Of a stretch of 64,000 bases of DNA, positions 46,097 to 56,267 are shown one piece after another. The DNA is taken from positions 258,519 through 322,518 of IMG/VR virus record IMGVR_UViG_3300015050_001523; one strand, written 5' to 3'. The DNA comes from a virus (lineage: Duplodnaviria; Caudoviricetes). The number at the start of each line of letters is the position of its first letter. The first letter of the stretch is position 1. Below the pieces are notes generated by a model. That model did not search any database, was not told the DNA's origin, and saw nothing but the letters and a program-made list of their open reading frames with translations. The position numbers and the translations under genes are program-made.

Positions 46097-49000
46097 ATGG
46101 CCGATGCAAACAATGTTGATGTTCAGCAACAATTAAATAAGTTGCTTTCTGAGCAAAAAAGAATAATGAATGCGAACACTCGTAGTTTGCGCGAGCAAGT
46201 CGATCTAACTAAAGAAATGGTTGAATCGCTTTCTAAGGCATCAATGAATGATTCGGCTGTCAATAAGGCAAAGAATCTTCAAAATTCATTAAAGTTGGCT
46301 GCTGACCAAGCTAAGAGTTTTGGAAAGCAAAGTCAAGATATGTCTTCTGTTACTTCTGGAGCTTTAGACGAAACTAATGAAGGATTTGATGGTTTAATTG
46401 GAAAATATGGAGAATCTGCAAAAAAAGTCTCAGTAGTTGGAGCTGCTTTTGGCGGTATGGCAGATGGAATTGGAAAAACATTTTCAATTATTTCTACTGG
46501 ACTATCTGGAATTTTAGGTCTTGCCGGTGCTGTAACTCAAGGTATTTTTTCTATTGGAAAATCAATTTTATCAATTCCATTTAAAATCTTTAATGAATTT
46601 GTAAAAGAAGCAAATCGCGGTGGCGGCGGAAATGAATTGGCAAGAGCTTTTGAAGAAACTCGTGATGCATTTGGTGATTTTGACGAAGATTTGTCTAAGC
46701 ATGTCATTCAGGGTTATAAAAGTCTAAGAGGAGAGTTGGCAGAAACAGGACTCTCTACATATAGAGTTCTTGGGACAATGGCCGAACGCTTAATATTTGT
46801 TAAAGAACAATTTGAAGCTCTCGGTCCGGTTGCTCATGCTTTTGGTTTAGAAATCGCCCAGCAAGCAGAGCACTTCGCAGCATATCAAAAGGGATTGGGA
46901 CTTTCAGGAGACCATATGAAAGGACTCGCTCAGCTAACTCAAGGGACTGGTGAGTCATTTGAATTAACATTAAGATCTGCTACAAATTTTACAACGTCGC
47001 TTGGAAAACAATTTGGAATATCTCAAAAGGTCATTGGTCGTGATATTGGAGAAATGTCAAAAGACCTTAAGACATTTGGAGCGGTTGGTGTTCGAGAAAT
47101 GGCTCAGTTGTCTGTTTACTCTAGAAAACTTGGAGCAGACTTTAAAGATCTTTTAGGTGTTGTTGATAGATTTGATAACTTTGAAGATGCAGCAGAAAGT
47201 GCAGCAAAATTGGCACAAGCATTTGGCATCAACATTGATGCCATGGAAATGATCAAAGAGCAAGACCCAGCCAAGAGAGTGGATGCTCTTAGAAAGGCGT
47301 TTTATCAAACTGGAAAAGATATTACCAAACTAACAAGGCAAGAAAGAAATTATCTTGCAACAACTGCTGGGATTGAAGATCAGGCACTTAATGCTGTTTT
47401 TGCCTTAGACAAACAAGGAACATCTTATGAAGACATAGCAACAGCAGGACAAAATGCTGAACAAGCCCAGATTACGCAAGTCGAAGCAATGGAAAAGCTT
47501 TCTGATAGCATTAAAAGACTTATTAAAGATGGCCAGAAAACTGGTGGATTCTTTGATCGTTTTGCAGAAGGATTTAAGAAAGGAATGCGTCGAGCAGGTG
47601 AGTTTAGGGGAGTAATGAGAAATATCAGAAAGGCTCTTTGGCAGGCAGAATTTGCTGGTCGCCGAGTTGGTCAAGCATTTGTTAAGATGTTTCCAGGAGT
47701 CAAAAAAATGCTTCAGGGAATTAAAGAATTTTTTGATCCTGCAAAATTTGCAAGATTAGGAGGAAAAGTTTCTTCAGCTTTTACTGAATTCTTTAAAGAT
47801 TTGTCAGACCCACAAAAGGCGAAACAAGCAGTTTCAAAATTATTTAATGCATTAAGAGAAGCATTCTTTGGGATGGTTGGAGATCAAGAGACTGCGATGT
47901 CAAAAATAATTGACGGCTTTAAATCTGCATTTAAAGCTGTTGGACAGATTATTTTGTCTGGCTTGGTTATTGCTATAGACAGCATGACCAAATTTATAAC
48001 CGGTCTTGTAAAGTGGATTGGCGGAGATACTTCTTTCACAGATGCAATGAGTGAAGCTTTTGGTAAGGGCGCTGAAGGAGGAACAAACGCCCTTATGGAT
48101 GGATTGGCAATGGCAGCAGAGCAGTTGGGCGGACCAATGAAATTGCTTGGAGATGCCTTTATGAAACTTCTTGATTTGTTGTGGGAGAAGGTTAAGGTAT
48201 GGTGGGATAATATTGATTGGTGGGATGTATTTAAAACTGTTGCAAAGAGTGATGCAGGAAAGCTCCTGGCTGCTGCCATTTTGGGCCCTGCCTTTATTAA
48301 GGGAATAGTTGGTGGTCTTGGAGCGATGGTTACAAATAATTTCGGAGCAGCAGGCGCTAAGGCTGGTGGATTGTTTGGTAATGCATTGAAGGCTGCTGCT
48401 GCAAATCCTATGGCTGCTCTTGGTGTTGCTGCGGTTGCTCTTGCTGCATACATTGGTTATGCCGTAATAAAAGAATTTAAAAACTTAAATCAAGAAATAA
48501 AAAATACTCAAATTGAAATTGATAAAGTGGGAGAAATAACAAATGCAAGGTTGGCAGGATATAACCAAGAATTAAAAAAGCGCGGTGTTACTGAAGAAAT
48601 GATCGCAGGCATTTATGATGCTAGTGGCAATCTTGATCAGGATAAAATTAAAAATGCTATACAGCTTAATAAGTTGGGATGGGAAGAAATTGATATTCTT
48701 AAAAAGTCAACAACAATTAAGCAACAGCAACAATTAGACGAATTAGCACTTGAGCAAAAATTGCTCGAACAGAAAAAATTAAAAGCAGGATATAGTGACA
48801 ATGTCGATATTCAAGCTAAAGTAGGAATCAATGCAGCAAAACAAAAAGTGCTAATGGATCAAATGCACAAACAACAAGAGTTGTTTGAAAAGGCAGGAAT
48901 AGATATTCAAAAAAATGGAGAAAGAATTGGCACAAAAATGGGCCAAGGAACATGGAAAGGAGGAATGCAAGTTAAACCAGAAGACAAAAAACCTCTATCA

Positions 49001-49756
49001 GCTTCAGAAATGTTTGGTCAATTTGAACAAGCAAAACAATTAAATCCTGGCCAAATGAAAATGATGAAGAGTAATTTAGAAAAAGCAAAGGAATTAATTG
49101 CAGGACCAGGCGGAATTAAGGACCAAATGACAGAAATAGGAAATGCTTTTATAGGATTTGATTCTACATCATTTAGTACAAGCGCAGAAGCCATTCATAA
49201 CTTAGGCGGTATTACTGCTGCATTACAGCAAACAGGAAGAACAAAAATCAATCAAAAAGGAATTGAGGCATCAATAACTGCTTCAAAAGCTGGAATTATG
49301 TCTCTTGTTGGATTGGCGAATGATTCATCATTAAATTTAGGAGCTTCAGCCAAAAAGGCGGAATCATTAGGCGAAGAAGTTATTAAATTGGGATCTATTC
49401 CTGCTGCTGCATTAAATGTAGCTCAAGGATTTACAGAATTAAAGGCCGAAGTATCACAATTTGCAAAAGCAAAAAATGCCTCAAGTGTTCCAATAGTAAA
49501 GGCCATTATGAACATGGTTGAGACTTCAAATATAATTAATACAGCTTTATCAAATATTGATACCAAAACTATAAAGCCAAAACTTGAAAATCTTGGAAAG
49601 GCTCTTGGTCTAAAAGGAGCTGACGAAATAAGAATTGGTCATGAAAACTTTAATATTCATATTAATGTAGAAGTAGAACTAAATCCATCTAAACTTGCTG
49701 ATGCAATTGCAGATACTGGAAAGATGGTTACATCAACTAAAACCAAAAGTAAATAA
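46097..49756 (+). CDS. Tape measure protein
   Basis: 1219 aa, helical and Ala/Gly-rich, located after the chaperones. FDNFEDAAESAAKLAQAFG is a typical TMP segment. Confidence 0.85.
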   Translation: MADANNVDVQQQLNKLLSEQKRIMNANTRSLREQVDLTKEMVESLSKASMNDSAVNKAKNLQNSLKLAADQAKSFGKQSQDMSSVTSGALDETNEGFDGLIGKYGESAKKVSVVGAAFGGMADGIGKTFSIISTGLSGILGLAGAVTQGIFSIGKSILSIPFKIFNEFVKEANRGGGGNELARAFEETRDAFGDFDEDLSKHVIQGYKSLRGELAETGLSTYRVLGTMAERLIFVKEQFEALGPVAHAFGLEIAQQAEHFAAYQKGLGLSGDHMKGLAQLTQGTGESFELTLRSATNFTTSLGKQFGISQKVIGRDIGEMSKDLKTFGAVGVREMAQLSVYSRKLGADFKDLLGVVDRFDNFEDAAESAAKLAQAFGINIDAMEMIKEQDPAKRVDALRKAFYQTGKDITKLTRQERNYLATTAGIEDQALNAVFALDKQGTSYEDIATAGQNAEQAQITQVEAMEKLSDSIKRLIKDGQKTGGFFDRFAEGFKKGMRRAGEFRGVMRNIRKALWQAEFAGRRVGQAFVKMFPGVKKMLQGIKEFFDPAKFARLGGKVSSAFTEFFKDLSDPQKAKQAVSKLFNALREAFFGMVGDQETAMSKIIDGFKSAFKAVGQIILSGLVIAIDSMTKFITGLVKWIGGDTSFTDAMSEAFGKGAEGGTNALMDGLAMAAEQLGGPMKLLGDAFMKLLDLLWEKVKVWWDNIDWWDVFKTVAKSDAGKLLAAAILGPAFIKGIVGGLGAMVTNNFGAAGAKAGGLFGNALKAAAANPMAALGVAAVALAAYIGYAVIKEFKNLNQEIKNTQIEIDKVGEITNARLAGYNQELKKRGVTEEMIAGIYDASGNLDQDKIKNAIQLNKLGWEEIDILKKSTTIKQQQQLDELALEQKLLEQKKLKAGYSDNVDIQAKVGINAAKQKVLMDQMHKQQELFEKAGIDIQKNGERIGTKMGQGTWKGGMQVKPEDKKPLSASEMFGQFEQAKQLNPGQMKMMKSNLEKAKELIAGPGGIKDQMTEIGNAFIGFDSTSFSTSAEAIHNLGGITAALQQTGRTKINQKGIEASITASKAGIMSLVGLANDSSLNLGASAKKAESLGEEVIKLGSIPAAALNVAQGFTELKAEVSQFAKAKNASSVPIVKAIMNMVETSNIINTALSNIDTKTIKPKLENLGKALGLKGADEIRIGHENFNIHINVEVELNPSKLADAIADTGKMVTSTKTKSK

Positions 49757-49759
49757 ATT

Positions 49760-50014
49760 ATGAATATTGAAGAAATGCATAAAGATGTTCACAAGGCGTT
49801 AATTGAAGATGAAAAATATCAACAATTTATGTCAACAATACAAAGCGAGCAAGAGAAAAAATTATTATCTGACTTTATGAAAAGATTTATGACATATTTT
49901 CAAGAAAAAGTATTTGATCCATTGGCTGAAAAAATGGAAAATGATAAAGATTTTAAAGATGCTGTTTGCAAAAATTTAGAAGACATAATACCTAATAAAG
50001 ACAAGGAGATTTAA
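49760..50014 (+). CDS. Hypothetical protein
   Basis: 84 aa, coupled on both sides. Confidence 0.55.
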   Translation: MNIEEMHKDVHKALIEDEKYQQFMSTIQSEQEKKLLSDFMKRFMTYFQEKVFDPLAEKMENDKDFKDAVCKNLEDIIPNKDKEI

Positions 50015-53000
50015 TGCCACCAATTGACAAAAATGAAGAAATCATCTACGTTATTGACGGAAGTGATGTAGATGGAAAATATAAGAGAGGAGATGATTTA
50101 AAAGAAGAAATCATTGAAACTCTTGCTACTTTTTTACATTGTTTGTCAAAAGAAGAAAAAAATAAATTTACAATATCTCCTGGAGTAGAAATGAAATCTA
50201 CCAGGACTCCATCTGGAGATCCTGCTCCACTTGATGATAATTTAAATGGATCTGAAAATCCATATGCTCCAACATCTCAGAATCCTCAATTAAGAGCACT
50301 TTCAGATAGTGGTCATATATTTACTCCAACAATTGGTTCATTTCTAACAAAAGGAAAGGCCGATACATTTCTTAGAGATATTGAAGATGGACTAACAGAA
50401 ACATCTGGACAAACCGGAACTGCCCAAGGAGAAGGACCAGTATTCGATGCTATTCGAAGCGCTTTGGATAATAATAGATTTTCTCCTGGGGCAAATGGAG
50501 CTTTTGTTAATAAGGGCGCAGCCCCTAATGTTCTTGGAAAAACGCAAGCAGAATTTGGCCGACACAATAAAGATGGAAAAGATATTGTTCTTGAGGATTT
50601 ACAAAAGATAGGATTTTCTTTAATGTTCCGGGCGGCTCGTGAAATCAAGGCAGTTCAAGAAGGAGACCCTATAGAACCACCTGACAGTTTTGCAGTGGGC
50701 TTGGGAGCACTAATCCCAGGTGCCGCACAGATTTCTCTCTTGAAAGCAGATACAAATAATTTGAGAGCAAGTGTGGTAATGGAAGAAAATTTTGGATTAC
50801 CACAAAAACCAAGAACAGATTCAGAGCCACAAATTAATGTAAATAATAAATCATGGGGACATTTAAATACTCCATTAGAGCCTTATAGTGGATTTTTACC
50901 GATTGGAATGACAGGACTTGCTCTTGTCATGACAGTTGCTATTCGAGTTATTGCATTTGCATTTATTGGATTTTTGGCATTAATTGTAAAAGAAAAAACT
51001 AGCAAAATTCCAAATAGAGGCCCATTTGTTCTTGGCCAGTATGGAAAGCCAAATCCTTCTAATAACAAATTATTTAATCTTGCTGCTATTGGAATTATTA
51101 CAACAGAAAGAGATTTCTTAACTGTTGTAAATGAAGGACTTGATGTGTTCTTTTCTTTTGATGGGGCAAGCTTTAGACGAGTCATAAAAGAGCCTCAATT
51201 CTTTGCAGTTTTTGTAAGAAATATAATTAGAAGTGGAAATACTATTGTTAATAGTGTTGCTGATGTTTTTAGTTCGGGCCAAAATCCTTTAGCTGCCGCA
51301 CAATCATTTTTAGGGCTTATTGATGTTTTAAAGTCTTCAAAAATTGTTGCATTCTTAAATATAATGGCACAAATAGGAGATCGTGCCGCAGAAGCCAGAG
51401 AACAAGGATTTGATCCTCAAGATTCAAAAAAATCATCTTTAGAAAATTTGAAAATTAATCCGGCAACAAATATTATGCGGATTAGAAATGGACGAAGCGA
51501 TTTAAAGTCTGGAATTAGTGTAGGTTCAACAATGTCCATGTTTTTATTTCCGCCAGAAATAATTCGAGCAGCAGATATTTCAGGAGGAGCCACAAATGCC
51601 AAGAAAGCTTTGGCTGCACTTCCAGGAAAGCAAATCGCAAGCTCTAAAGATGTAGATTCAAATGGAAGAATTACAGCAGAAAAAGTTGCAGAAATAGAAG
51701 CAGAACTAGATTCTGAATATGTTCCATTTTATTTTCATGACTTAAGAACAAATGAAATAATTTCTTTTCATGCGTTTCTTGATAGCCTTGATGACAATTA
51801 TGCCCCTCAATATGAGTCTGCTACGGCTTATGGAAGAATTGACAATGTTAGAACATATATTTCAACAGAAAGAACATTAAATTTAAGTTTTAAAATTGTA
51901 GCAATGTCAAAAGAAGATTTTGACTTTATGTGGTGGAAAATTAATAAACTTACAACTTTGGTTTATCCGTCTTGGACACAAGGAAGACAAGTAGCATCTG
52001 GTGCTGATAAATTTATTCAGCCATTCTCTCAAGTTCCCGCAAGCACTCCTGTAATTCGTCTTAGAATTGGAGACTTGGTTCGATCAAATTTCTCTAAGGC
52101 CGGATTGTCTCGATTATTTGGGGCAGGACTTGGAGAAGATCAATTTAATTTAATTGAATCAAAATATAAAGATAGTGATATTGATACAATTAAGTCTTTA
52201 ATTAAGGCTGAACGAGATCGGATGAATTCAAATCCCGCCATAACAAATGGAACTGGTGATGGATATCGAATTGGAGAAACTGCAATTCTGTTACCTAAAA
52301 GAACAGGATACCCTCTAATGCCTAATAAGTTGCCTGCGGGGCAGCGAGTAAAGGAATTATTCCAACAACAACAAAAGAAAAAATTGGTAGTTACTGCAAG
52401 TACAAAAGTAAAAATTGTTGGCAATGCCGAAATAGAAGATTATGGAGAGCATTCTGTAGCTTATTATCCTATAGAAGTAGAAAATGCGGCAGATAATGAA
52501 TCCAAAGGAAAATTTCTTGTATCATTTGATGATTTAGTTATAGACCCAGATCAAGTACAAAAAAACTCCACTAGATTTTTGCCTCAATTGACAGATATTG
52601 ATCTTGGTGTCTATGGTGTAACAGACATATTTAGCTCAAATGAAAACGCAATTGTTCGATCATTTGAGACAACGCAAGGAAAAGGACTTGGTGGAGTAAT
52701 TACTTCATTAGCTTTTACAGATTTGGCTGCGCCAACAACTCTTTGGGAGACTTCTGAATTTGGTTCACGAGCACCAAAAATGATTACATGTAATATTTCA
52801 TTTGCGGTAATCCATGACATAGCCCCAGGTATTGACGATAAAGGATTCAATCGAGGATTTCAATATTCTGTTGGAAATGCAACAAGACATCTTATGGGAG
52901 ATAATGTTGTTTCTGATTTTGCCCAAAGCGAAGATACATTCAATAAAAATCATAGAGATGCAGCAAATAGCTTAATAAGGAATCCTAAAGATCCTAAAGG

Positions 53001-53019
53001 ATTCCCTGGTGGATTATAA
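50014..53019 (+). CDS. Baseplate/tail-tube initiator-like protein
   Basis: C-half YVPFYFHDLRTNEIISFHAFLDSL..YGRIDNV..TERTLNLSF..KINKLTTLVYP..PVIRLRIGD resembles tube-initiator (gp48/54 or CIS tube-like) proteins. Confidence 0.6.
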   Translation: MPPIDKNEEIIYVIDGSDVDGKYKRGDDLKEEIIETLATFLHCLSKEEKNKFTISPGVEMKSTRTPSGDPAPLDDNLNGSENPYAPTSQNPQLRALSDSGHIFTPTIGSFLTKGKADTFLRDIEDGLTETSGQTGTAQGEGPVFDAIRSALDNNRFSPGANGAFVNKGAAPNVLGKTQAEFGRHNKDGKDIVLEDLQKIGFSLMFRAAREIKAVQEGDPIEPPDSFAVGLGALIPGAAQISLLKADTNNLRASVVMEENFGLPQKPRTDSEPQINVNNKSWGHLNTPLEPYSGFLPIGMTGLALVMTVAIRVIAFAFIGFLALIVKEKTSKIPNRGPFVLGQYGKPNPSNNKLFNLAAIGIITTERDFLTVVNEGLDVFFSFDGASFRRVIKEPQFFAVFVRNIIRSGNTIVNSVADVFSSGQNPLAAAQSFLGLIDVLKSSKIVAFLNIMAQIGDRAAEAREQGFDPQDSKKSSLENLKINPATNIMRIRNGRSDLKSGISVGSTMSMFLFPPEIIRAADISGGATNAKKALAALPGKQIASSKDVDSNGRITAEKVAEIEAELDSEYVPFYFHDLRTNEIISFHAFLDSLDDNYAPQYESATAYGRIDNVRTYISTERTLNLSFKIVAMSKEDFDFMWWKINKLTTLVYPSWTQGRQVASGADKFIQPFSQVPASTPVIRLRIGDLVRSNFSKAGLSRLFGAGLGEDQFNLIESKYKDSDIDTIKSLIKAERDRMNSNPAITNGTGDGYRIGETAILLPKRTGYPLMPNKLPAGQRVKELFQQQQKKKLVVTASTKVKIVGNAEIEDYGEHSVAYYPIEVENAADNESKGKFLVSFDDLVIDPDQVQKNSTRFLPQLTDIDLGVYGVTDIFSSNENAIVRSFETTQGKGLGGVITSLAFTDLAAPTTLWETSEFGSRAPKMITCNISFAVIHDIAPGIDDKGFNRGFQYSVGNATRHLMGDNVVSDFAQSEDTFNKNHRDAANSLIRNPKDPKGFPGGL

Positions 53020-53035
53020 ACAAGAGAAAATATAA

Positions 53036-53326
53036 ATGCTTAGAAGATATTCAAGAACAAATATAATTGGTGCAAATAAGCACTACGGAACTTCTCAGGC
53101 AATTCAAGTCATCCGTGAAGGGATTCAGAATGGGACAATTAGGTTTACGACTAGAAAAGTTCTTCAAGAACAACGATTGGATAGTATTGCTGGTGAAGTA
53201 TATAATGAGGGAAGGCATTGGTGGGCAATTGCCGCAGCTTCTGAAATAGGTTGGGGATTGCAAGTTCCTGCCGAAACAATTATTAGAATTCCAAATATTT
53301 CAGATATTGCAAGCTTAATAGGATAA
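53036..53326 (+). CDS. LysM-like baseplate protein (gp53/gpX-like)
   Basis: RLDSIAGEVYNEGRHWWAIAAASEI...VPAETIIRIP. Confidence 0.8.
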   Translation: MLRRYSRTNIIGANKHYGTSQAIQVIREGIQNGTIRFTTRKVLQEQRLDSIAGEVYNEGRHWWAIAAASEIGWGLQVPAETIIRIPNISDIASLIG

Positions 53327-53328
53327 AA

Positions 53329-56238
53329 ATGCCGAAAACAACATTAGATGATGCCGTAGATCAAATAAGGAAATGGTTTTTACTTTTTTCAACAGACGAA
53401 TTCGTTTCTGGGGATCTTATAAGAAAGCTTTCTCCGATTTCAAGTCTTAATGAACAAGAAATTTCTTCAATTCAAAATGGAGAAATTCCCGGTCCAATTA
53501 AAATAATCTCTGATATTATAGTAAACACACAAAAAGGAAGCTACACATCGCATATTATTATGCAAAAACTTGTAGATCTTTCTAATCAATTTAAAGAAGC
53601 GGGAATCACAGCGCCTGAGCATGCTACTGCAAATGCGGAATTTGTTTTAAGTAATATTATTTCTCCATTTTATGAAACTGAAGTTTTTGGAACAGAACTT
53701 GGAATAAATACTTCAATAAAAGAAGTCCTAGGTCCGCTTGCTTCTCAGGAAGGAGAAGGAATCAATAGTAATCCACAATTTCCAACAAAAAATAGTCCAA
53801 CAGTATCAATGATATTTAATAGGACAACTCAAATAGCATTATCTAACAAAAATGGAAATGCTATTTCTATATTTCTTAATGCGATTCCAACAATGGAATG
53901 GAGTCGCGCTATTCCATTTATTAGTATAAAATTTCAATTTCAAAGACCGGCTATTTCAACGGACAATAGACCAATTACACCATCAACATTAAAATTTCTT
54001 CAAGGATCAGGAGAATTAAAAAGAGACAATGATCAAATAATTAATAATCAAAATAGTTTTGATTTTAAATTACAAACAGCTGTATCTATTGATAATGATT
54101 TTGCATTGAATGGAGATTCGGCACCTGAAGGAATTGGAGAGTCTGGAACCGAGCTTTTTTTGCTTCCACAAACCTTGATAAATGCCAATCAAAACAATTC
54201 CGAAGAAAATAGAGTAACTCCAATTATTGATCGATTTCGGCCTTTAGCTTCTTTGAAAAAGTTTGAAGTTGATGTATCGCAGGCAGCTGGAACGATTTCT
54301 TATCGTACAGCTAAACTTTCTTTTACACTTCATGATCGTTCAAGGCTTAGTGAAATTGCTGATTTTATTAAGGCAGGATTATATAATAAAACAGAAATGT
54401 TAATTGAGTGGGGCTGGGAGCATCCTGATAAATCTGGAAATAATATATTTGCTGATTTTATAAATGGGTTGAAAGTAAAAGAAAAATATCAGATTAGCAA
54501 TTATGATTTGGATATGAAAACAAATGGAGAAATGGATATAGATCTATCTATTTTCACAAAAGGAGGAGTTGATTTATATACTAGTAAAATTGCTGATTCA
54601 GATACTTCTGCCGAGTCTCAAGAACTTGTAAGACAACTTCAGGAAAAAATATCTCAATTAAGACAAAGAATTTATAAACAAGATCAAAAATTTGTTGAAG
54701 AAATTCGTGGAGAACAAATTTTAAGTACAGCAAGTGACAATAATTCAAATATTCAATTATCAAAAGAATTAAGGGCCGAATTAAAAAAGACATTATCCCA
54801 GCTAGGAGGAACCCCATCAGATTCTGCGAAAGAGCTAAAAAAGGCGTTAGAAGAACTTTACGGAACTGATGGAACTGATGGGGCGGCCAAAGCTTTAGAA
54901 AATAGTATTTCCAATATTATTGCAACAAAAATTGGGCTAATGAAAGGCGATGCCAAAACACCTGATCCGTTCTTAGATCCTTTAAACTTTACTGATGGGT
55001 TGAAGGCCGGAGAAAAACAAGAACAATTTGTAAGTTTGGCAAAAATATTATTATTGTTTGTCATACAACCTTTAGCTATTACTAAAAAATTTGATGACAT
55101 TCAGGTTATTTTTTATAACCTAAATGGAAATGCTGGCTTTGGTGCAAATAAAAATCTTGGAGAATTTCCAATTGATATTGCAAGCTTCCAAGATAATTTT
55201 AAAAAACTTGGAGCAAAAAGAAGAACTTCTAATCTTGCATTACAAGAATTTGTAAGATGGATTGGGAATAGATACTTGGAAGACATTTCCAATCCATTAT
55301 ATGGGTTGAGAGATCTTTATAAGTATGAAGCGGATGAAGCAACTGGAGGAACAAATGTTCCTATCGGCAAAAATAAAAACAATCCAACAGCTTTAAATAG
55401 CGAAATTGAAATGCGCATGAAAGAGGCTGGTATTCAAGATGGAGTATTTAAACTTCCTATAATTGATATATATGTTGAATGCCTTCCGGCATCGCCTTCT
55501 GGAGAGGGAGAGGCAGTAAATATATTTGATGGATTGACTGTTTTAAGAATTCATATTTTTGATCAGCGTACAACTTCTTATGAAGGGCAACAAGCATTCT
55601 TATCTGCCCAAAGAAGAGATTCAATCAGATCTCTTGGAACAGTTCCTCACGATAGAAAAAATGAAGACGAATTTAAATTTTCTGTTGAGAAAATTGTAGA
55701 TCAGGCAAAAAAATCAAATCTTGTTGATGTTGTTGAGCCTTTGGGTGGAGGAAAATCAATTGTTAAATTTAAAGGTGGACCAACAGAAATCAAAAATTTC
55801 ATTGCAAAAACCATGCCAACAATGTTTTATGGAGTAAATAATACTTCTGTTCTCGATGCTGGCCTTAAAACAATGCAGGATCCAAAATTAACAACAATAA
55901 ATATGAATAATGCTGGGGATAAGGGAGACCTAACTCCAAATGGTGGGGCAACAAATGGTTTACCAATAAGACTATTTCCAGCACAAATGAATATGAGATT
56001 ATTTGGATGTCCAATTATGGAGTTTACTCAAACAATTTTTTGTGATTTTGGGACAGGAACTTCTTTTGATAATATTTATGCCGCAACCAAAATTCAACAT
56101 AGCTTGGAGCCTGGGAAGTTTTATACAAGTGTGACAATGACTCCTCTTGATGCTTATGGTCAATACCAAAGCGCAATTGAAAGTGTTGGAAATGCTATTT
56201 CAATTATTTCAGAATTAAGCGAACAAGATGGAGAATAA
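53329..56238 (+). CDS. Baseplate hub protein (gp27/gpD-like)
   Basis: Follows the LysM gene. TAKLSFTLHD, MLIEWGW and the C-terminus FGCPIME..DFGTGTSFDNIYAATKIQHSLEPGKFYTSV are typical of hubs. Confidence 0.6.
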   Translation: MPKTTLDDAVDQIRKWFLLFSTDEFVSGDLIRKLSPISSLNEQEISSIQNGEIPGPIKIISDIIVNTQKGSYTSHIIMQKLVDLSNQFKEAGITAPEHATANAEFVLSNIISPFYETEVFGTELGINTSIKEVLGPLASQEGEGINSNPQFPTKNSPTVSMIFNRTTQIALSNKNGNAISIFLNAIPTMEWSRAIPFISIKFQFQRPAISTDNRPITPSTLKFLQGSGELKRDNDQIINNQNSFDFKLQTAVSIDNDFALNGDSAPEGIGESGTELFLLPQTLINANQNNSEENRVTPIIDRFRPLASLKKFEVDVSQAAGTISYRTAKLSFTLHDRSRLSEIADFIKAGLYNKTEMLIEWGWEHPDKSGNNIFADFINGLKVKEKYQISNYDLDMKTNGEMDIDLSIFTKGGVDLYTSKIADSDTSAESQELVRQLQEKISQLRQRIYKQDQKFVEEIRGEQILSTASDNNSNIQLSKELRAELKKTLSQLGGTPSDSAKELKKALEELYGTDGTDGAAKALENSISNIIATKIGLMKGDAKTPDPFLDPLNFTDGLKAGEKQEQFVSLAKILLLFVIQPLAITKKFDDIQVIFYNLNGNAGFGANKNLGEFPIDIASFQDNFKKLGAKRRTSNLALQEFVRWIGNRYLEDISNPLYGLRDLYKYEADEATGGTNVPIGKNKNNPTALNSEIEMRMKEAGIQDGVFKLPIIDIYVECLPASPSGEGEAVNIFDGLTVLRIHIFDQRTTSYEGQQAFLSAQRRDSIRSLGTVPHDRKNEDEFKFSVEKIVDQAKKSNLVDVVEPLGGGKSIVKFKGGPTEIKNFIAKTMPTMFYGVNNTSVLDAGLKTMQDPKLTTINMNNAGDKGDLTPNGGATNGLPIRLFPAQMNMRLFGCPIMEFTQTIFCDFGTGTSFDNIYAATKIQHSLEPGKFYTSVTMTPLDAYGQYQSAIESVGNAISIISELSEQDGE

Positions 56239-56267
56239 ACTTGCTTTTCATTGTAATATGATTTAGA

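Noticed and set aside
38033-56238. Bacterial extracellular contractile injection system (Afp/PVC) rather than phage
   Set aside because: Terminase, portal, protease, scaffold, capsid and neck genes are directly linked, so this is a phage virion module.
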